From positions 4,289,146 through 4,353,145 of the forward strand of contig CAVNZM010000009.1 in NCBI GenBank assembly GCA_963693365.1: a stretch of DNA of 64,000 nt. Reading direction: 5' to 3'. Shown one piece after another: positions 52,958-64,000 of this stretch. The stretch comes from Amoebidium appalachense (taxonomy: Eukaryota; Protista; Ichthyosporea). Position 1 is the stretch's first letter; every line of letters starts with the position of its first letter. Position numbers and translations under genes: made by a program. The notes beneath the pieces were generated by a model. It saw only the letters and a program-made list of their open reading frames with translations. It did not search any database and was not told the origin of the DNA.

Positions 52958-53152
52958 GGGGAACCCCAACTAATTGATTTCTCCTTGTAGTCTTTATGGT
53001 GTCTCGTAGAGAAAGTAAACCCTGATATATAGTCACCACCCGACATCTATGTACGTGATCATGATATACCGCTGAGGGGATATTCCGAGCAAAACCCCCC
53101 CCCCCATACCTGAGACTGGTTCTCTTTGCCTCGAGTAAACAGCGTAAACCCC
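49489..53152 (+). mobile_element. LINE with complete ORF2, 5'-truncated in ORF1
   Basis: ORF1 tail, ORF2, (CA)n, A-tract and a ~200-bp terminal segment ending GTAAACCCC. No TSD detected. Confidence 0.95.
49609..52803 (+). CDS. LINE ORF2: APE endonuclease plus reverse transcriptase (1064 aa, intact)
   Basis: EN: FWNARTL, ICET, YYPP, ILGDFN, SDHSPI. RT: GPDGL, FRPITL, QSAFR, FIDWKTAYDSV, GLLQGSLLSPFLF, YADDL, YKYLG. Cys/His-rich C-terminus. Confidence 0.97.
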   Translation: MPNLSFFFWNARTLGPQKGLPPGTLDDKISYIQQQTNNHTFTVICETQFKNHHKFNSTLVDTSTHPGYAKNRGIIVLAAPHVRVKCKPVAKTEFSVSIEFLSNVFTFVYYPPSMSVVELTHELSQLPMSTVILGDFNTRLHHTDTLQVSVGYPSKPPERAIPLARYVQSHTLRFPQISHAHNTDWGVAFWPSTMSKLSLPPNLSRSSDHSPILFLPKISLDLLPPPPPTFRLRLSQLKSQWGRVDVCVCYATKHPIYMRLLESAQARPDSHLVLDTCTNFIVDDLIDLGDYAGGGRKEYPDALLLPNTTPARLGEPLSQKESLRRLASMNRFGPPARIIGDTTGDPLIDSDKYFSELFKDRTPAQKPIVWPVDPSIPIESILPFFSPDAIWSVISSYSSSKSCGPDGLPAGFLKILVPSYPQKESDRAIKPDLTIMLSSLFSWCVKCGHVPSSWLDTLVIPIVKKDSEGPISSFRPITLTQVVRRFFEACLLRLFAHHPRFQSILHIHPCQSAFRKNNSCYVQIMALHDSMQVGAQYVGFIDWKTAYDSVSPGLLWEKLAARGVPHCIGVLLEALLSQTYGRAVVNGHLSYGFARTRGLLQGSLLSPFLFNLFIDDLAVKIYAENDDPINNFPPALLYADDLSLLARTPRRLQRLFDVVSEWCKANLMILNIDKCGVLVPDIANNLHTFTLSSKPVPIVPEYKYLGVPVDSVGVMFPHMVEKRVELARKRLAFFSANIFKDTPLHPSIRLTFIRTFVFPACEYGLPLLAAWIKKERTRALKPLANFLEAEVASFLSNNCCKPGPVTLSIYGLVPIAARVSYLALKFNKHISRLKKYLPSHPLFSIRPVPSSPLPSFLPSLSPSPLGTNTNKPRNSVCVTLDCHLLIKHVHNHKIITQYNKWKKIPHDTRPDESIHLEKLSLMSRFIYTDRLNHIAKYGTRKCITPKYILPSCRTGLSLADGIIDQLPRFYCTRAIQWRSNKYKVASFACPNNTHTHQFNRSCIAKCSLIDHIIPQHTHVTFTTDTQKDSLPVNYNILDFILNTRNYDLFIRCIDWLEKHITTKL

Positions 53153-53813
53153 ATATCCACTTATGCCATATTTTGGGGCTGCGGGACCGCGTGAATGTGA
53201 CGTCACACCTGTGACGTCACCATTCACGGGGTGCCGCGCCCCCAATTGTAGTGATGGGCCGGATAATAATGACGCTACTATACCGAAACAACATTGGGAG
53301 GGCTTTATATCAAGTTCAAAATGATAGCCACTGTAAATAAGCCAGCAGGGGTTTTGCACCCGGCATTTGGGACCATTCTGTTCTCAGCTATTCTGGATCC
53401 TTGTCAATGTCCAAACTAATTTGTTCAGGAACAATAAGGGAGGTTTATTTGGGTGTTGTAAGCACGGAGTATCCTGTAACGCCTCAGTCAGAGCGCATTT
53501 AACTGAGCAATTTGATTTATTTGCAACATTGGGTTGCCGAAATAATGGCGTAAGCCCTGTGGTCTCTATTCGCCTTTTGGTTTGCTAACATAGGCTATAT
53601 CTGGAGTCATGAGAGCATTAAATTTATTTTTATAGATTAAAATATATGCCAGCGTTAACTCAACCGCCCGAGTAATCAAAAACATAACATCTCTTAAATT
53701 CAATCTACATTAGGTATTCCATAGCCACGGGCAGATAAATATTCACCCACCGCTTGCTTTGGCGAGAAAATCAAGTTCTACACTGTTACTGTTGGTGTAG
53801 GGCTTAGTCCTAT

Positions 53814-54455
53814 TCATAGCCCAAACAACAACGCATCATCGATGGCAGCAGAGAGAGTCACGTCAGGGACAATACACTGCGTCAGGGGGGCAGTGCCGTG
53901 TGTGGCAGCAGAGCCGCAGGCGTTTGGATACTCGATGGGGTCAAACCAGTTCATCGCCAGCACAAACCCGCTCAGGTTGAGATCAGAGTCCTTCACGGTG
54001 TATGTGGCGAGGGTGTAGGGGCTCGACCGCTGCTCATCCTGGTAGACCTCCGTGCCGGCGGGGAATAGACCATCAAAGTCACTCTTCAAAAGACAAAACC
54101 CCATGCTGTAAGCCGCAAACCTGTGGCCCAGCCAGCCAACCGCGCGCTCATAAAATGGGTTGGAGCCGGTGTGGGGAGGCACCAAATCGTTGAAAGAAAA
54201 GACGTAGCTAGCAGTGACGTTTGTGTTGTGGGGGGCGTTGATGGTCGCCCGCGCCACGTATTTATCCCCTACTGCCGTGGGATAGATTCTGAGGGTTTCT
54301 GTGTTTTTGGTGACGGGATTCTGCACGGCCAGGTCGACGTACTGCAGCATGCCGACGCAGGTGATGGTGCAGGAATCGGGCGTCTGGCCACTGGCGGCGG
54401 CCAAGGTTGCAGCGGTGGCGATAGCGAGGACGGAGAGTAGAATCTGGGCGGCCAT
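53814..54455 (-). CDS. Intronless secreted protein of unknown function (213 aa)
   Basis: Signal-peptide-like MAAQILLSVLAIATAATLAAA, GC3-biased codons, upstream TATATAAA (~54595-54602, - strand) and CCAAT boxes (54633, 54670). Confidence 0.75.
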   Translation of the reverse strand: MAAQILLSVLAIATAATLAAASGQTPDSCTITCVGMLQYVDLAVQNPVTKNTETLRIYPTAVGDKYVARATINAPHNTNVTASYVFSFNDLVPPHTGSNPFYERAVGWLGHRFAAYSMGFCLLKSDFDGLFPAGTEVYQDEQRSSPYTLATYTVKDSDLNLSGFVLAMNWFDPIEYPNACGSAATHGTAPLTQCIVPDVTLSAAIDDALLFGL

Positions 54456-55019
54456 TTTGAGGATGTTTTGCTTACGCTTGAGTGCACGTTTGCTTGTATA
54501 AGTAATTTGGCTGTTGTTGTTGTAAAATATGCTTTGGGGCATATGCTTTCAGCTGTTGTTCGACTGACTGGAGTGCAAGGACTGACAAGTGAGTTTATAT
54601 ACCCGCAGCGGTTTGCTTCCAGACGCTTCGAGCCAATCGGAATAAAGTAGATCTAACAAATTCAGGCCGCCAATAGGAAGCAGTTATTTGGGTATCCAAT
54701 CACAATTGACAAATAGTTTTGCATTCTGCCTTATATGGCAATATGGGATTTCGCAATCTTCGATTTTCAACGGTTTGAAACTTCCAACTCCCACTTCCAA
54801 AAGCGGCCCGGATGGGGTGGTAGGTAAAGAAAGTGAACGTTCACGTGAACACTACATGCATACTGAAAAAAAATTGCAATTCGACGGTTTTGCGTGCACT
54901 TTGGCATACCCGTGTACATCATAGTTAGTGGGGATGCGGCACCCACAGTCCCACACACAGACACGAAAACACAAACAGACACACATGTTCACATACACGC
55001 ACACACACATGCGCGCGCA

Positions 55020-55790
<771 letters not shown>

Positions 55791-56378
55791 TTGTGTGTGC
55801 GGCGGGAAGGAAGGGAGGAGGGGGGGGTGAGGAGGGGGTGAGAGGACCTCAAGGGAGCAAGAACTGAGAGAGAAATAGCCGAGGAGACACAGAGAGGGAG
55901 AGAGGAAGAATCAACTTGGTTCAGAAAACCATACGGGAAAAGCCGACGCGAGATCCATACTCCATATATACATAAACTTACTAGGTACAACTGGAAATCC
56001 CGGGTCGTGCGCATTATTGAGCCTTCAGCTATACGACGTACATGATTAGATCTATTAGAAGGGCTGACTTGTTGGGGGAGGGGGGGGGGAGAGGGGGGGG
56101 GGGGGGGGCAGGGGGGAGGGGGATCCCAGCTCCCCCCGCAAGAAGGGGGTGGGAATAACCACACTCCTCTGCTGATTGGGAGTGGGCCACCGGATTCATC
56201 ACCCACCCTCGAGCAGGTGGTTCCCTCCTACCGGGTGAAGTCACTCCCTCTATCCCAGGAGGGGGGATTGTGGGAGGGAGGGATGGGGCGGGGTGGGAGA
56301 GGGTGGAGTGATAACGTGTGTGTGTGTGTGTTCGGGGAGGGGGGAGAGAGAGTGGGGGGGAGGGGGTGGAGAGATTAT

Positions 56379-56448
<70 letters not shown>

Positions 56449-56756
56449 GGGGGGAGGGGGGAGGGGTGAGGGGCTCGGAGGAGGAAACCACCAGCGGGGG
56501 TTTCAGTATCTACGGCTGCTCCCCCCCCCCCCCCCCCTTTTTTTTTTCATTTGACTTTCCAAAAAAAAAAAAAAAAGAAAAGAAAAAAAGAGAACCATAG
56601 AGAGGCATGCACCCGTGACATGCCTGAGCTAAGAAGCGTACGCAGCTTGGAGGCAGTGTTACAGACGGTCATTGTTATATGGCAACAAATCAACGTTATG
56701 CAGGAGTAATTTGTTAACAAATTGCAATGGAAATCTGCTATGGTTACGTGTTACAA

Positions 56757-56780
56757 TGGTGTGCACGTTTGTGTGTGTGT

Positions 56781-56844
<64 letters not shown>

Positions 56845-57207
56845 GTGTGCGCGTATTGTGTGTGTTTGTGTACATGTGTGTGTGCGTGTGTGCGTATTGT
56901 GTGTGTGTGTGTGTACATGTGTGTGTGTCTGTGTGCGTTTGGCGTGTGTGTGTCAGTGTGTGTGTGTGTGTGTGTCAGTGTGTGTGTGTGTGTGTGTGTG
57001 CGCACCTGTGTTTATATACGTGCATGCTTATGCCTGCACGTGACGGTGTGTGCGCGCGTGCACTGCTTGTGTTGGCGCGTGCACTGACATGTGTGTGCGC
57101 ACGCGCGCGTGTGTGTGTGCGTGTGCGTGTGTGTGTTTGTGTGTGTATGTGCACCTGTGTGTGCTCGCGTGTGTGGTGTTCACGTATTGGTGGTGACTGG
57201 GGCGCCC

Positions 57208-57265
<58 letters not shown>
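56757..57265. repeat. Degenerate (GT)n and poly-G block
   Basis: Direct reading. Confidence 0.9.
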
Positions 57266-57266
<1 letters not shown>

Positions 57267-58590
57267 GCTCGGGAGGGACACAGGCCGGCAACTGTAAGCG
57301 GCAAAGCCATCAGACAGTGACGATTGATCCACAAGCAAGCACACGTGCACATACACACAAAAACATACACACATACACACAAAAACACACACAGACTCAC
57401 TCACACTCAAGCACGCACAATCACGCACACACGCACACACACACGTCTAGACTATACTGGATAGGGATCTATGGATAGGAGAGGTACGGTCAAGGGGGGG
57501 GGGGGGGGGGGCGAGTCGTCGGCAATCTCCCCAGAGCTTCCCCTGAGCTTTTGTTGGAGGGTGTCGTCTGTAAATGTTTTTTCTTTTCTTTGACTGTAAA
57601 TTCTGAATAAAGTTTCTAGCTTCTAGTAACTCAGTCACAGTTTATTTACGTTTTTGAGCCTTTTACAATAAAATATTTTATAAAAAAGGATGTGTATAGT
57701 ATTGTTACTGATGAAATATCCAAAAACATAGATAAAGTATTCACCTAAGCTGCGTTGTCGGCGGTCACAACTCACAACCTTTGCCTTCTGTAAGTTTATG
57801 CACCAGTTTCCTGACGCCCCCTAAAAAAGGTTGTTGGGGATTTTGTTGGTCCACTTTGGACTAATCAATGCGTAGATGAAAATAGATTCTCCAATCAAAG
57901 ATGTGAGTAGCATAAACAATCTCCCCACACTGTCAACTTGAAAAAGGTACTCAGCTTTTCCGACACCATATCTTACAAAATCTGATCTCTAATAATCGCT
58001 ATAGAAGAATTTTCTGAACAGCACAAACGTAGGATACACACAGTACAGACATTTATGCCTTACAGAGCGCTAATTCAGATCTTTAAATGGAAATAACCAG
58101 AATAGATATTATTTTGTGAACAAGAGCAATCAAGAGGTAGAAACTAAGGAAACGCTAATGATGTGTGCATATCATATATTGAGTATATCTTACCACAATT
58201 GGCACCGGAAAGTTCCCATGATCCTGACGTCATGGCTTGATCTTGGGACTATGATCACGGTACTGTACATACCGTTCGCTGTGTGCACCGTGGAATCACA
58301 TGCATGCAAACAAGCCACCAAAACATGGAAATGCAGGAAATGCGCGATTGAATGGATGTTCTATGAGGTAGGAAACATGTATATATACTATCGGAGTAAG
58401 GTATGAGAAAAAAACAAATGGTATGGTTAGAACTTAATAACGCTTTTCGTTGTTTGCACGGGAATCATCGTCCATTCATCACAACATAAGCAGTAAGGTC
58501 GCTTTCGTGGTTCTATTCACACCTCAATTAATTGAGGGAACTACACGCGGTGAGTTTTGTGGCTTGTGTCTTTGTGTTGGACCCTAGAAA

Positions 58591-63751
<5,161 letters not shown>

Positions 63752-63756
63752 GTACT

Positions 63757-63799
<43 letters not shown>

Positions 63800-64000
63800 C
63801 CGGCTCTTTTCTTCCATTTCACCCACCCACAAGCCCTGCCTCCCACCCCACGCGCTTTGCACGTTTGGAGGCATATGTGTGTCCGGACTCGAAAAATGCT
63901 TTGTGACTAGCTTATCCCCCCTCGCTCCCCCCCCCCCCCCCCCCCCCCCCCACCGCCCTCCTCCCTTATAAAAAGAAAGAAAAATAAAATGAAAAATAAA

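Noticed and set aside
52880-53152. Hammerhead ribozyme in the LINE tail
   Set aside because: Several CTGA starts are present but none gives a CUGANGA core with compatible stems.

Overview
Eukaryotic, intron-rich DNA saturated with poly-G/poly-C and dinucleotide microsatellites. About 53 kb is one nested stack of mobile elements whose order can be read from target-site duplications (TSDs). A probable Polinton/Maverick/adintovirus-like pPolB gene (47122-48452, -) is cut by a large CATCAGC-ended DNA transposon (CMC/CACTA-like) whose other end lies outside the window. That transposon carries a multi-exon gene containing an intact KDM4-type JmjC histone-demethylase domain. The gene is split by a Copia LTR element (16433-43406, TSD TGACC). 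The Copia contains a LINE (itself holding a solo LTR) and a chromodomain Gypsy (23123-39560, TSD GACGG). The Gypsy 5' LTR holds a second CATCAGC transposon (30006-39406, TSD AA), which holds another LINE fragment. A third CATCAGC element sits at 1627-12796 (TSD AA). Five pieces of one LINE family are present, and the four visible 3' ends all stop at GTAAACCCC about 200 bp beyond an internal A-tract. The right end has an intronless secreted orphan gene and the first seven coding exons of an ABCC4/MRP4-like transporter. The top candidate for a new system is a TIR transposon family encoding its own KDM4-like demethylase, predicted to be spliced to an unknown transposon protein, which may be an anti-silencing module. 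All family assignments are by eye from remembered motifs; no searches were run. Most ORFs in the supplied track are microsatellite artefacts.
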